A stretch of 64,000 nucleotides of DNA, from NCBI RefSeq assembly GCF_009914755.1, contig NC_060925.1; one strand, 5' to 3'. Under the pieces are notes generated by a model that worked only from the letters and a program-made list of their open reading frames with translations, did not search any database and was not told where the DNA came from. How positions within the stretch are numbered: the stretch's first letter is position 1; every line of letters starts with the position of its first letter. Position numbers and translations under genes: made by a program. Origin of the DNA: the human T2T-CHM13v2.0 reference genome, Homo sapiens. Shown piece by piece: positions 1 to 17,590 of the stretch.

Positions 1-421
1 CTTAATTTTTAAACCTAGGTTTTGGTATATTGATTTAACTTAAATTGAGACCTCTGCCATTCAGGGGATAAAGCTCTGGACATTCTACATCCTTAGACTT
101 CAGTTCTTGCCTCTTAAATAGGTAAACTCTCCTATTTCTTTCTACTTTTCTCCTAAAAACAATGAGAAGATAAGCAAGTTAATAGAATCTAAGAATGTTT
201 GAGCTGGAAGGTGCTTAGAGATCATCTAGTGCAGGTCACTCATTTGACTGAAACTAAGACCTAAAGAGGTTATGTGACTCTTCAGAGTCTCCAGTTATAA
301 ACGAGAAGGCAAATTATTATGAGTAGGGCAAACATAACTCAAAGAAGGCATTCTTTTTATTAAAAAATATGGGAAAGGAAACAGACCTGGCTGGCATGGC
401 CCATTGTTTTCATTCTCTATG

Positions 422-722
<301 letters not shown>

Positions 723-1012
723 TTCTGTATTTTTTATTGCTTAAAATATGATGAGATGCCTGGACATTCAGCTGCCATCTTGTGATGTAAAGTGCTGTGT
801 TAACTCACTGAAGAAAAATAGATGGAGCCCTGCATCCTTAATGACAATCATCAAGCTGCCTTACCAGCTATGCTTGTCCCTCCTCCAGGTTTCTTCATTG
901 GAGGTCTTCTTCTGGATATCATGGACAATATAATTCCATAAGGAATAATCCAAAATTGGGACAAAATTTTGGTAATCTGTTTGAAGTCAGTGGAGAGCTA
1001 ACAAAGCAGTAG

Positions 1013-1449
<437 letters not shown>

Positions 1450-1699
1450 ACTTTCAAACATTCATGGCGCTAGAGGCTCAAAATTTAGGACCTGCCAAGG
1501 AGAGTGGGCCGTGGCAAATATCTTTGGCTTTGGGTTGCTATTCTGAGGTGCTGAACTTTAGGATCGAGTATGAACGGAAAATTGACTAGCCCTCATAGAG
1601 ACTGAGGCCCAGCTTCATACCCTCTCATTCCCTGACTGGGTTAAGGATCTTGATTGGATGGCCAGTTTTCTTAGCTCCATCTCAGAAGCAAAGGACGAT

Positions 1700-4600
1700 C
1701 CTCTTGGAGAAGTCTTAAATTATTTCTCTAATTTCTATATTTTTTCATATAAAATGTCCAGTATGCAGTTAAAAACAGCCAGGCATATGAGGTAACATAA
1801 CAAAATAATTTGAAACTAAGAGATGTAATAAATAATAGAAACAGATCCACAGAGTATCCAGATAATGGAGTCATCAGGTATGGATTTAAAAATAACTTTT
1901 CAAAATATGTTTAAGGGTAAGATAAAAACAAGATATATTATTTTGGCAGAGAACTGGAAATTCAAAACTGGATAAAGTGACAAATATAAAACTAAAAATA
2001 TAATAAATGAAAGTAAGAATTTAGTGGATGGGTTTTATGCAGAGTGAATAGAAAAGAGTGATGGATGAATTCTCAATAGAAAAAAAAGGAATCCAGAAAA
2101 AAATGGATTTATATCTTCAAAATAAGGAAAATAACATACAAATAAAATTCTCTACAGTGTGAAAATATCCTTTAAAATGAAGGTGACAAGTTCTTCCATG
2201 CAAATATGATTTGGGAAAATTTTAACAAAAGGGCTTATGATGAACATGGACTATATATATATATATTTTTTTTTTTTTAAATTATACTTTAAGTTCTAGA
2301 GTACATATGCACAATGTGCAGTTTTGTTACATATGTATACATGTGCCATGTTGGTGTGCTGCACCCATTAACTCTTCATTTACAATAAGTATATCTCCTA
2401 ATACTATCCCTCCCACCTCCCCCCACCCCATGACAGGCCCCTGTGTGTGATGTTCCCCATCCTGTGTCCAAGTGTTCTCATTGTTCAGTTCCCACCTATG
2501 AATGAGAACATGCCGTGTTTGGTTTTTTTTTTCCTTGCGATAGTTTGCTCAGAATGATGGTTTCATCCATGTCCCTACAAAGGACATGAACTCATCCTTT
2601 TTTATGGCTGTATAGTATTCAAACATGGAATATATTTTAAGATAGATATAAGACTAAAGCATAGGTAAGGAAAGGGTGGAAGAATAATGGGTGTAAATGA
2701 TATATGTTCTGAAAAATAGAAATAAAGCCAATAAAAATGGGAGCATAATGGAGGAAGGCAGATAAAAAGGGGAGAATAGAATCAGACTGTCACAAAGTTA
2801 ATAAATAATTGGGAGTCAAAGAATTCATTATTGAAAGCTGACAAACCAGATAGTAGGAGAGTAAGAACAAAAGGGGGCTAAGGACATTATAAAAAGTATT
2901 AGTATAAAGATAACCACTAGAACAAAAATGCGGACTCCCCTAAATAGAAAAACAGGCAAAGAAAACAAATCACAGAGTGAATTTAACATAATAGAAACAG
3001 TAAAAATAATATAAAATAATATGACAGGCTTAAGACTAAATATATCAGTAATATAAATATATAAATGAGCTGAAAATCACCTAATAAAAGGAAAATATTT
3101 TCAGATTGACTTTCAAGCAAAACCAATTCATTGCTCTGTAGAAGAGACATACCTAAAACAAAAGGATTCAGAAAGGATAAAACTAGTAGGATGACTTAAA
3201 GGCATACAAAGATGCTCTTAGCAGTGTTAATTATAAGACCCAAATAACTACCAAAATGCTCTTCAGAAGTAGAATGAATAAACAAAGTGTGGTGTATTCG
3301 TACAGTGGAATACTACGTATATAATGAGAGTATGAATATGAATTTTACAAAACAACTTGGATGAATCTCATAGTAAGGAGTGAAAGAGGCATGAAACAAG
3401 AGTGCATCCTATATGATTCCATTTATATGAAATTTTAAAAGAGGCAGGACCAATCTATGGTGATAGTAATCCGTATCATGGTCACCCTTATGGAAGGGTA
3501 ATGACTGGAAGGGAAGCCAAAGGGGCTTTCAGAGCACTAGCGATGCTCTATTTTTTATCTGGGTGCTGGTTGCATGATTTTGTTAACTTTGTGAAAATTC
3601 TTTAAGCTGGATACTTAAGAGTTGTGTTCCTTTCTGTATCTACGTTACATTTTAATAAAAGGTTTACATTTAAAAATATAAACTATTTACAAGCAGAAGA
3701 TGAGGCTTGGGGTAAAGTCCCATGGAATAGCTGGACTTAGAGTCATCAGAGAGAATGATTTTTAATTCCAATTTCTATGAACACTGCCTCTAGGCTCTAA
3801 AGGCCATTTTCTTTTCTTTATGACACTTCAAGGTTGCTCCGTAGATTTGTTTTTGCCATCTCCAAATTAAAAATAGAGTCTAGAAAAACAGGGTAGAGAA
3901 TGCAGAAGTACAGCCGAATACACAAAGGCATTTGGCATAGAGTAAACCATGGTATTTCAAATTGGTGGGATGGGAGAGAGGAATGGATTTTTCAATAACT
4001 GGTTTTGAGACAACTGGGTAGCCATTTGGGAAAAAATTAAATTGGATCCCTGTCTTCCTCCTTATATGGAAGTAAATTTTATATTGATTAAAATATACAT
4101 GTACAAAATGAAACCATAAAAATATTAAAAGAAAATATAGAGGTATATATTTTTAAACCATGGAATATAATGTAAGCCTGACTGAAAATTCAGGAGCTAT
4201 GTAAGAAAAGATTGACAAATTTTAAAAGTTCTACATGGTTAAAAATAATATCATAAAACCAAAAGATGAACTGGGAAAAATATTTGCAACACATGAGAAG
4301 GGGCTAATTTCCTTTATAAAGTGTTCACACAGTCAACAAAAAGTCAAAAAAGATCAGTAATCCAAAGAAAAAATGAGTAAAGAACATGAACTGTTGTTTC
4401 AAACAGACTAACTAAATAACTTACTAACACCCGCAAAGACTTATTGCAACATGGAAACCTATGAACATAGGAAATGAATGATGCCAGGTCTTATTCATAA
4501 TAGAGGAATACAAATTAAATTGCAAGTACAGTATGTAGTCATTTTTCACATATTAGATAAAAAACATTTGCTCATACATTGCATTCTGAGTACAGAGTAG

Positions 4601-5120
4601 CAAGAAGTCTCCTATATTGTTGAATGGGCAGTATTAGAAATAATTTAAAATGTATATACCCTTTGACTTACTGGTTTCCTTCTACCACTTTATTCTGTAG
4701 ATACACCCACATCTACATTCATTACAGCATTGTTTATGGCAGCAAAAAATTGGAAACAATGGCAGGTACCACCAAAAAAAAGAGACTGGTTGAATAAACA
4801 AAAGCATAGCTATGCAGTGGAATGCTATGCAGCTGGTAGAAAGAAGGGGCAGATTGATATGTACTAATATGAAAAATCTCCAAGACACACTGTTAAATGA
4901 AAAAAATGTGGCACACGTGCCACGTTTTAAAAAGGGAAGGGGCATATACACAGATGCTTGTTTACACAGTTAGTATTTCTTGAAGGATATATAAGAAAAT
5001 GGTTTCCTCAGAGGTATAGACCTTTGGGGAAGGGTAGGGATGAGAGGGAAACTTACTTGTCATTGTTTACTGTTTTGTATTGAGAATGTTTCCCCCAGGT
5101 GAATGACTGTTATACCTATT
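1700..5120 (+). mobile_element. Ancient L1M (L1ME/MC-like) fragments, interrupted by a younger L1PA piece
   Basis: A-rich strand bias. The stretch ~3985-4070 resembles decayed ORF2 ([13 protein letters not shown]), and 3'UTR-like ends occur near 3400-3670 and 4850-5120. Confidence 0.65.
2266..2620 (-). mobile_element. 5'-truncated L1PA (about L1PA5-7) 3' end
   Basis: ttatactttaagttctag...catccttttttatggctg is the L1PA 3'UTR and end of ORF2; TSD AACATGGA(C/A)TATAT at 2243 and 2622. Confidence 0.9.
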
Positions 5121-5162
5121 TAGGAAAACAGACGAAACCAATAAAACCAAACTATTTCTATA

Positions 5163-5350
5163 CAGTGATTATTAGCAGAGATGCCATTGGCATTTTAGAT
5201 GCATTTTGGGACTGTTCCACACATTTAGGACATTACATTCCTTTCCCTTTGCACTAAATGCCAGTAGCACTTCCCTAGACACTGACAAACAAAAAGTGCC
5301 CCTGTAGATTTCTGAAAAGGCCAGGGTGTGGATTGGGGTGGTGGTGTTGT
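5163..5350. mobile_element. hAT-Charlie MITE (MER3-like)
   Basis: cactaaatgccagtagcacttccc...gacaaacaaaaa motif typical of the MER3/MER20 group. Confidence 0.45.
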
Positions 5351-5670
5351 TTGAGTCTAAAAGAATGTAACTTCTCTTCAGGGTTTCCCAGTTTCCAGGT
5401 TATGTTGGCCTGGCAGGGAGGGTCTTGACCGACACGGATGGTTATGGACCTTTACTTAGTGAAAAACTCAAATGAACTTCCTTTCTAGAACTCATGGTTT
5501 TCATTCAGTGACACTGGACTTTGCCCTGGAGCAGTGACTGGTCAGGGAGCTGTATCTAAGTGGGAGTTGCACCTGTGTGGGCAAAAGTGTGGCACTCAGA
5601 TTTTCGTAACAATGGGCAAGATTTCAGGAAGCAGGATTTTGGTTCCCTTACTTTAAAATGCATGGAGAAT

Positions 5671-5968
5671 GGCTGGGTTTGGTGGCCCATGCCTGTAATC
5701 CCAGCACTTTGGGAGGCCGAGGTGGGCAGATCACCTGAGGCCAGGAGTTCAAGACCAGCCTGGCCAACATGGCAAAACTCCATCTCTACTAAAAATACAA
5801 AGCCTAGCATGGTGGAACATGCCTGTAGTCCCAGCTACTTGGGAGGGTGCGGCACGAGAATCACTTGAGCCCAGGAGGCAGGGGTTGCAGCAAGCCGAGA
5901 TCACACCACTGCACTCCAGCCTGGGCAACAGACCGAGACTCCATCTCAAAAAAAAAAAAAAAAAAAAA
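5671..5968 (+). mobile_element. AluS
   Basis: ggctggg...cctgtaatcccagcactttgggagg...poly-A. Confidence 0.93.
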
Positions 5969-6585
5969 ATTAAAAAAAGCATAGAGGACTGGTTGTATCC
6001 TAATAGCACTGGTCCATTTTTCTGTGGTGTGCATTTTAGCTTTTTTCCTAACAAAAAAATCTTACCACATGATTCTCTGCCAACAGATTTTCCTGAGCTG
6101 GAAGGAACAGATGTTTCTGTTGGAAATGGGCATCTGTTTCTCCCCTCACTGTGGCGTGTGCTTCCTATGAGCCCAGGCCCAGGTAACAGTGAATTATCAT
6201 TAGAAGGCTCTCTCGTAAGACTCATGGGGAAGAACCTATAAGACCCTAGTCTTCCAGGAGGCCAGAAGGAGAGTAGAATGGAGGGTGAGCTTCAGAGCAC
6301 TGAGGACTGCAAGGGGGAACAGAGCTGCTGTCCTGTCTGCTTGGCAGTGACCAGCAGCTGCTTCTGGCCCTCCTGAAACAGGAGGCGAGTTACTGAGACA
6401 GTAGAGAAACCCTGAGTCTTTAGAACTGTATTATCTACCTGGGCCTTATAACCTGGACATGCCCAGGGGTAAAATATATCCAAGTAGAAATCTTCCTTCT
6501 CAGAACATACCCAGAAATAATGATTCTCTATTTTGAGTACTTTCTTGTGCAGTATACTAACCAGGTGCCTACTGCTATAAATTAA

Positions 6586-6892
<307 letters not shown>

Positions 6893-8278
6893 CAATTTTT
6901 TTCTTTAGTCTAAGTGTGCACATTAATGCATAGGAAATCCCCATCTTTCCCCAACCCCCTAGTTTTTCTTTTCCTCTTTTTAAAAACTGGATTTTCATTC
7001 ATTCTTTCTCTTTCCACCTCCCATCCCCTGCCCTCCCCAAGGCGTGTTGTAGGTACCCCCAGACCATTGCGTTAAAGCGTTCAGGATAGTGCTCTGCTGA
7101 TTTTAAAAAAACATTTAAAATAACATTTCCTGCTTTTTCTAATTAGAAAAGCAACATGTTTATCATAGACAGTTTGGAAAATACAGAAAAGCAAAGTGAA
7201 GAAAATAATTATCAAGGAAAACGATATGCCTTTCTTTTAAGCCATCATTTTCTCTCCATCTTTGCAGCCACAAACTCCTTTGTTCCACTTTTTACGTCTT
7301 AGAGTAGCTGGGGGTTGGCACACAGATGGTTGGAAGTCCTTGGATCTCACTGTGTTATAAGAGTACAGAAATACAGCAGTCAGCTCTTTGGCTTTGTTTT
7401 GAAGCCCTGAAGAATGGGAGAATGCTCTGCATCACTGGAGAACATTTGACTGCATTCATCTCCCAACAAGAGTGGTTGCTGGGAGGAATGAGCAGAAGGA
7501 GTGGTGTGTACCAGACTGTCCAGGAGTCTTTCCTCCCTAGGCCTGGTCAGCTTTTGCCCTTGGACAGGGGAAGAGGATATCTGGGGATTTATATTTTCTA
7601 TCAGAATTTGAGCCTTGTCACCTTGGCTGTCCCTCTGTGTCCTTGGGTTTTTAAAATGGAACCTCTTTGTTGTAAAATATTAGTTGTACAGTTGAATTTT
7701 TCAGAGTAGAATTGGGATCCAGAGTGAGAAACTTTCTCCCTGAAGGGGCTCCCTGGACTTTTGCTCTTGGCGAGTTGCTGGCAGATACTGACACTAGAAA
7801 TAAGTGTCAGAGAGGTCTGATATCACTTCAGTTTCAGACTGACCCCAGAGCAACCCTTGAGGACAGCAGTGTGTAAGCTCAGAAAAGATTGTTCTAATTT
7901 TGATGACCCTCAGAGTTAAGGCTTCTAGGGGAACTCTTCATTTTCATAAAAATCCGTCTGTGGGTGGTCACTGTGTTGAGAGATGAGAATTTATGGGTTG
8001 AAGTTGTTTTTATGATTTCAGAATAAGTGCTTCTACAACGGGATATTGGGCTTGGGAGTGTAGACGTTGTGGGACCAGGAGCTTTGCAGACTTCCCTTGT
8101 TCCCAATTTCTTGGATTTTTTTTTTCTATCCCTTCATTCAGTTGATTCTGATGTCCTAGTATTTTTTCCTAGATCCCAGATCAAGAGATACTTTTATTCC
8201 TAATTCTCCCTCTGAAAATTCTATGTCTTTCAGAACAAGATAGGGGAAAAGAGAAATGAGCTTATTAAAAACTATGAT

Positions 8279-8835
<557 letters not shown>

Positions 8836-9778
8836 CTAGGGTGGTTAAAAAAAAATCTTGGTGAACAACCTCTCTTGTGGATTGTAATTTCTCAAAGAAA
8901 AATATGATGTAAAGATTCTTTCTTTTACTCTCCCTTCCGGGTGTCTCATCAAAAAGCGTATATTCCTGAGCTTTGCTGGCAACCGTATTATTTTTTCTCT
9001 CCACCTCAGTCCCTGTAACTTTCCTCTTTGTCCATTCTGGAGTTGTGGAGGTGATAAATGGGTCCAAAAATGCTGTTAAGAGTGATCTTTAGGTGGGCAC
9101 AGGTTCTTTATGATATATCCCTAATCAAGAGCCTTTACAGGTTCTCCCCAAAGTCTCTTTGTGCAGGAATGGGAGCCTGCTGTGTTTTAGACTGGATGGG
9201 GCTCTGACCAAGTATTTTTTGTCTTTCCCCGCAGGGCATAGTAGTAGGTGCTCAGTGAAGATTTGTTGGATTGAAGTGGTTTGAATTAAATATGATTTGT
9301 ATGTAATTTTATATTCAAATAAAGTCTGTTCCTGGTCTGAGTTACTTTTCAAATTATATATTGTTACTCTGAAGATTGTCATTTCCTGAATTTTATTTTC
9401 TTTGTTCCTTTTCACCCACTTGCTTCCATTGTTCCAAATTTAGTCGTGTTGGAAATCAGACTAGGTAGGTGTGGAAATAATTGTCGAATCAAATTGTTCA
9501 GTCAGGGGAAGGTGGGGGGTAGATGGCTAAAGACATCAGAATCTTTTGTCTGGGTTTTAGGGTCAGAAAATGGAAACTGGCAGAGCAAAAAGGTCAAAAA
9601 GTATCAGGAATACCCTGCTTTGCTTTAAATCTCTATTTGCCTTAGAGCAGTCATCTGTAGTGTGGTGACCACAGGCTTTCTAATGTCTATGGGTTTAACC
9701 CCCTAGAGAGCAATTCCTTTGGGGTGAGGAGACTGGAGGGGATATTCTTCCCTTCCAGGGGTCTTCTCATTGCCTTCT

Positions 9779-10097
9779 TTTTAATTTTTTAAATTTAAAT
9801 TTTTTTTTTTTTTTTTGAGACAGAGTCTCACTCTGTCACCAGGCTGGAGTGCAGTGGCGCGATCTCTGCTCACTGCAACCTCCGCCTCTCCCGGGTTCAA
9901 GTGATTCTCCTGCCTCAGCCTCCCAAGTAGCTGAGACTACAGGCACGCATCGCCATGCCCAGCTAATTTTTGTATTTTTAGTAGAGACGGGGCTTCACCA
10001 CATTTGCCAGGATGGTCTCGATCTCTTGACCTCGTGATCCACCCGCCTGGGCCTCCCAAAGTGCTGGGATTACAAGTGTGAGCCACCATGCCAGGCC
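9779..10097 (-). mobile_element. AluSc-like
   Basis: ctctgtcaccaggctgg and gatctcttgacctcgtgatc; TSD CATTGCCTTCT on both sides. Confidence 0.92.
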
Positions 10098-11081
10098 CCA
10101 TTGCCTTCTAATAGCCCTTTTCTCTTACCCTTTAGCTCTTGGCGCTTGACTTCCTATGTCCATCCCCAATATCCCTACTCCGTGAAAGTGAGGTGAAAAT
10201 GCCATCATCTTTCTGCCTGTCCTGCTTTTAATCATCTTCCAAGGCAGCAGCAAGTGCAATTCTAGTCCCTTTCAACCCCTTCCATGTGGGTGTTAGACTG
10301 AATGTTTAGCTTCTTTATGAAGATGCACATTAGCCATTCAGAAACTTAATCTCATAATGATTTGTGTGTATTGGTAAAAAAGAAAAGCCATGATCTCTGA
10401 CTGGTATACTCAGATGTTCCCTTTGGTCACTGATGGCAGGATTTCAGAAGCGAAGGACCATTTAATTTAATTTTGCAGATGGCAGGAGGTAAGCAGGAAA
10501 GCTTGGTCACAATATGCCCCCTCCTGGGAGAGTGGCTTCAGTAAATTCAGGTTGCCGAGAGCCTTAGATGTGAGAAATTTAACCCTCTGGCTTCTTTCCA
10601 CTTCCCCTCCCTTATATAAAACTTGGTTGTTGTTTTTGTGTGTGGGGTGGGGGGTGGGGTAGGGGGTGGAGTTGAGGAAGGGTGGGAAGGTGGAGTGAAG
10701 AAAATTGCCTGGGTTGAAAAGCCAGTGACTGATGTGAGATTACCTTGTAGTGATGTTGCTTTGGGCATATGGATTATGACCAGATACAGATTAACCCGTT
10801 CCTCTATAATTGTTTTATGGCCTCATCCTTCTGAAATTGCCTCCTTGTGGCCTGAAATCCTTTCCGGGGTTTTCCTTAGGCTGGGAACTCTGCTTGCAGA
10901 TGAGAAATAAACCTACCTCTCTCCAGGGCATGAGTTCCACAGTGAAACTGAGGAGTAGATGGATGAGGAATCTTCTTTTATTTTGTTTTTAGGGTGGTGC
11001 CCTTCCCACAGGGAAGCAAGCTGCGGATTCTGAATTTGTCAATTGCACAGCAGCTGAGTATTTGCTGCCTAGTCCTGTTGA

Positions 11082-11502
<421 letters not shown>

Positions 11503-11870
11503 TAAGGAAGTCTATATTAAATAGGTAAAGACATATTTCTTAATAAATCAGTCTAGATGATGGTATTCAGAAGCTTGACAAAATTATCTTCCTAAAACTT
11601 GTTTGTTCCTGCTTTGCTAAAGGTTAATAGAAATAACTCATGGATAAGTAGTGAACTTTTTAAAGTTGCTGTTTTTGTCTTAAATCCCTCCTGTCTTTGC
11701 TCTTTTCCCTTCCTTTGTGGTGGCTGCCAATCCTACCTTGCAGATAACTTCTCCCTCATGAAAACAGAGGAGGATCTGATATTATTAATTTATCCTGGTA
11801 GTTTGACCATTGTAATGCTGTCCGTGAACATTTGCATTTCAGTTGTTTATCTATGAGTAGAAGGCCCTCT

Positions 11871-13200
<1,330 letters not shown>

Positions 13201-13566
13201 TAAATATCTATATCTACATCAATTATATCTCTCAGGACTTACAACTTTCCATCTTTATCGTCTTCTGAACTCCATAAGATCTTTCTAAGAATTGAGGGGA
13301 AAGTTGATTATAAGGGAGAATATACAAAACCTGGCATCGAAGCCTTACTAGAGACCTGGAACCTACTCTTTTTGGGACTTGGTAAATTGATGAGATTCCA
13401 TGCGCCCCCACCCCCCATTCTCTGGCATACAGAACAGGAATACTTATATAGCTTACTCTCAACCCAACCTTTCCCTTCGTCTGCTTCAAGAATCTCAAAT
13501 ACTTACGATTTTTGGCATATTTGACATTATTTTAGTTAATTTCTGAACATGTTTTCCCACTGTTAA

Positions 13567-13919
<353 letters not shown>

Positions 13920-14315
13920 CTGAAATGCTTTTCTCTACTACCTAATACTTTCCAGTTCTGGAAATGAACTTTCTGACAGCATCTCATTAAATGAAATAAT
14001 AGAAGTGAAAGCACTTTGAAACTCAGAAAGTCCAGGAAGAAATCGGCTGGTTGTCTCCACTCTCTTCATTACCCACCTGCATGCTAGAGGATGTACATAG
14101 CCAGAGGATCACTTTGGAGGCATTTCATTTCATTGGCGGGCGAGGGGGCAGTTCTTTTGGCCTAGTTGAATATTAGGCATATCTGGATCTAGTCTAGCCC
14201 CGACCTCCTTACAAGTCTTTGTGCTACAAAGTCCAGCGTTGGTGTGGTTTTTCAAGGAAGGATATAGAATGGTTTATTTTGGATGAGAATTTCATTTTGT
14301 GTACCTGATTTTGTA

Positions 14316-14444
14316 TTTTTTTTTCCTCTTAAGACAAGGTTTCACTATGTTGCCCCAGCTGGTCTCCAGCTCCAAGGCTCAAGCAATTCTCCCGTCAGCC
14401 TCCTGAATAGCTGGGATTACAGGAACGTACCATTGCGCCCAGCC
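14316..14444 (-). mobile_element. Alu monomer (FLAM-like)
   Basis: Single ~130-nt arm. Confidence 0.8.
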
Positions 14445-14531
14445 CTTGTTTTGTTTTTGAAAGCTGTCGTGTTACTGCTTAAAGTCTCCAAACTGTTATT
14501 GAGAACACTGACCAGAGCCCTGTCCATAGAC

Positions 14532-14800
14532 CAGTGTTTTTCCAAGTGCAGATTGCAACTCCTTTGCAGAGTAGGTTGTGGAGCCATTTTAGCTGACTAC
14601 TCACCAGCTTTCTTCAAAATGTAAATGGAATAGGATAGAAAAATAATGAAAAATTGTAAAGTGAATTGGATGCAAAAAGGGTAAATATTGTTGTGTCAGA
14701 CTTTTTTGGGTGAGTGTGCATGTGTTCACATACTGGATCACATTATAACATGTATTGCTCATTATGGGTTGTGGTCAGAAAAAATTCAGAAAACGCTGTC
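14532..14800. mobile_element. Old hAT-Charlie element (related copies near 24270-24460 and 59394-59980)
   Basis: cagtgtttttccaa-type terminus, shared with the other two loci. Confidence 0.4.
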
Positions 14801-15749
14801 TCAGACTGTCCCAAAGTTGTATTTGCTTATTATGGAACTGATGAGGATAGAAGATGAGTGGCTCAGAAGGTTGTATCTTGGTGAGATAAAAGAAGACATC
14901 AAATGACTGTTTTAGTTAGAAAAATAATCCCAATTGAGTTTGTTACTCTTCTATGAAGGTGGAAGATCCTGTGCCAGAACATTATGCTCTTCAGGTCAAC
15001 AGGAACTAAGCTTGTTGTTTCTCTCTGCACAAAGAATTGTGCAATTTCCAGCGGGAACTCCCCTCTGGAGGTGGAGAGGGAAGGGGAAGGAAGAGTGGAG
15101 ATAGAGGCAATTAGGCAGAAATCTTTACTGTGAGCCTTAGCTGACCCAGGATCTGCACATAGTTAACTCTGAGGCTTTGTTGGAATCCGCCAAAGATTCA
15201 TTGTTAAAGACAGGGAAAGCACAACTCATTTCCATTTATTTTAGTTCAACATTTATGCCAGCTCTGCGCTAGGTGCTGGGATATAACAATGAATAAGACA
15301 TGGTCTTGGACTTAACGGTGCTCCTAACCTGGCAGGGAAGACAGATGTAAATTGCTAATTATTGTACATTGTACTGAGTGTCATAATACAGTGTAAAATG
15401 CTCCAGTTTATGAATTAGAGGAACTATGCTTTCAGCCTTTTATTCTGAGAAATGTGCCATTTAATAATAAAGAACTGGGATATGGGTTTTTTTTTCTAAA
15501 ATTTGGGGAAGACTACTTTGTTGAAAAGGAAAATGAAATTTCCAAGGGAATCAGGTTCATCCAGTCAAGCTATTGTGTTATTTTGTGTCTTTTCCTCTAA
15601 AAGTATTCTAATGTCAAAAAATTTTTTAAATCAAGTTGACATAATACACACCTGCCCAGGGAACCTGGAGACCTGTAAAATAATTTAAAACCATTTTTTT
15701 TTTATCATATCTTTAAAAAATACTGGCAAACATAGTAATAAGAATTTGA

Positions 15750-16028
15750 GACTGGGTGCGGTGGCTCATGCCTGTAATCTCAGCACTTTGGGAGGCTGAG
15801 TTGGGCAGATCGCTTGAGGTCAGGAGTTTGAGACCAGCCTGGCCAACATAGCGAAATCCTGTCTCTACTAAAATACTTATAATCCTAGCTACTCCAGAGG
15901 CTGAGGCATGGGAATCGCTTGAGCCCAGGAGGTGGAGGTTGCAGCCAGCTGAGATCACACCACTGCACTCTAGCCTGGGTGACAAAGCAAGACTCTGTCT
16001 CAAAAAACAAACAAACAAACAAAAAAAA
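15750..16028 (+). mobile_element. AluS with internal deletion at the start of the right arm
   Basis: ctactaaaatac joins directly to ttataatcctagctact. Confidence 0.88.
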
Positions 16029-16133
16029 CTTGAACCCGGGAGGCGGTGCTTGCGGTGAGCAGAGATCGCACCACTGCACTCCAGCCTGGGCGACAGAGTG
16101 AGACTCCGTCACAAAAAAAAAAACAAAAAAAAA
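16029..16133 (+). mobile_element. Alu right-arm 3' fragment (AluY-like) within the tail of the preceding Alu
   Basis: cttgaacccgggaggcgg...gactccgtc plus A tail. Confidence 0.85.
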
Positions 16134-17590
16134 CCTTTTCTTTGTTGGAACCTGTAACACTTTGCTTTTACATTCTCATTGATTTTTAAAATTACTAATA
16201 ACTTTTTGAGACATGTAAAATCATGACAAATTCTACAGAAGTTCTATCAAAGCAAGTCATGTAGTGTGTTCAGGGTCCAGAACCTGAGTTCACCAGCTCC
16301 AGGCTGATTCACTTTTGTCAGCTGCATCCAACCTAAGCCTGGAACCAGATTGAATCAAATGCTAAGTTTTAATGTCTTTCATTTGGTTCTTTTATTTAGT
16401 TCAGTGTTTCTTACTGCTAGCTGACTTGGCTCTGAATTTTGTTCCTGCCTCAAGCAAATTCTGAATATGCCCATCTATGGATTTGAACAGTAGGATGTTT
16501 TTTCAGAGGTGTGAAATGATCAGGCAGCTTGATAACTTTAGACATACTGTACGTTATGAAGCATTTTCTTGCTTCTTGTTGTCTTTTTCTGGTGGATTGA
16601 GTCAATGCAGTTGGTAGAATCTTTTCCACTTATGTTATTGAGGCATGTGGTTGAAAAGTGGCCTTTAAATGGTGTGAGGTGGGTAGGCAGGGGATAAATT
16701 CTTACCACAGTTTCTAGGATGAGGAAAGTGAAACTCAGAGGCCCAAATCTTCTGACTCACACAGTGATTCTGGGGCTGTCTGTAATATCTAAACGATGAG
16801 ACTGATCTACTTGCAAGGTCAGGGCATGTGGTCATTTTCTTGCTAGCCTTTGGATCACCAGGCTGTCAGCATTTTGAGGGGGAGTATTTGCATCTTGCTT
16901 TATTTGGAAGATTCAGCTTGAGGGAGTCATTATTAGAAGATTCTTAGAACACTCGAGCCCTCTGAAAATGAAAAGTCTCACATTTCCCTTCTACTTTGGC
17001 TCTCTGTTGGAGGGGAACACTTATGTCATTAAAAACATTGTACTTTGCTTATCTAATTCCCACTCTGTGTTCACATTAATAGCTTCCCATTGCTCTTAGG
17101 AACAATTCCATACTTCTTCAGACTATTTGCAATACTCACCAGAGCTTGACCCCTGCTTCTTTCAACAGTCTCATCTTTTTTTCCTCTTCTCATTTAAATT
17201 CTATGCTTCAGTTACCCTGAATTTCTTCGATTATTTCGGTTCCTTGCATGCAGCTTCTTTTCTGTTGCCTCTGGGCCTTTGAACATGCTGTTGGCTGGAG
17301 TACTTTTCCTGCCTTCTTCCCATAGGTAATTCCAATCCTTTAAGTCTAGCTCCTCTGCGAGCCCCTTGCTGAGCCCTAGACCAATTTCTGTATACTCCTA
17401 CAGCATCGTCTTTTTCCCCGATAATGGGCTTTTTACATTGCAATTACTTCTTATGGTAGTCTGTCTTCTCTGGTAGACTAGATTCCTTTGGAAGGCAGGC
17501 CCAAGAAGCTGGTTTAAATTACTGGAGTCTGACTAAAAAGACTTTTATATTAGACTGGTATTTCCCAACATTTAAAAATTTATGAACTTG

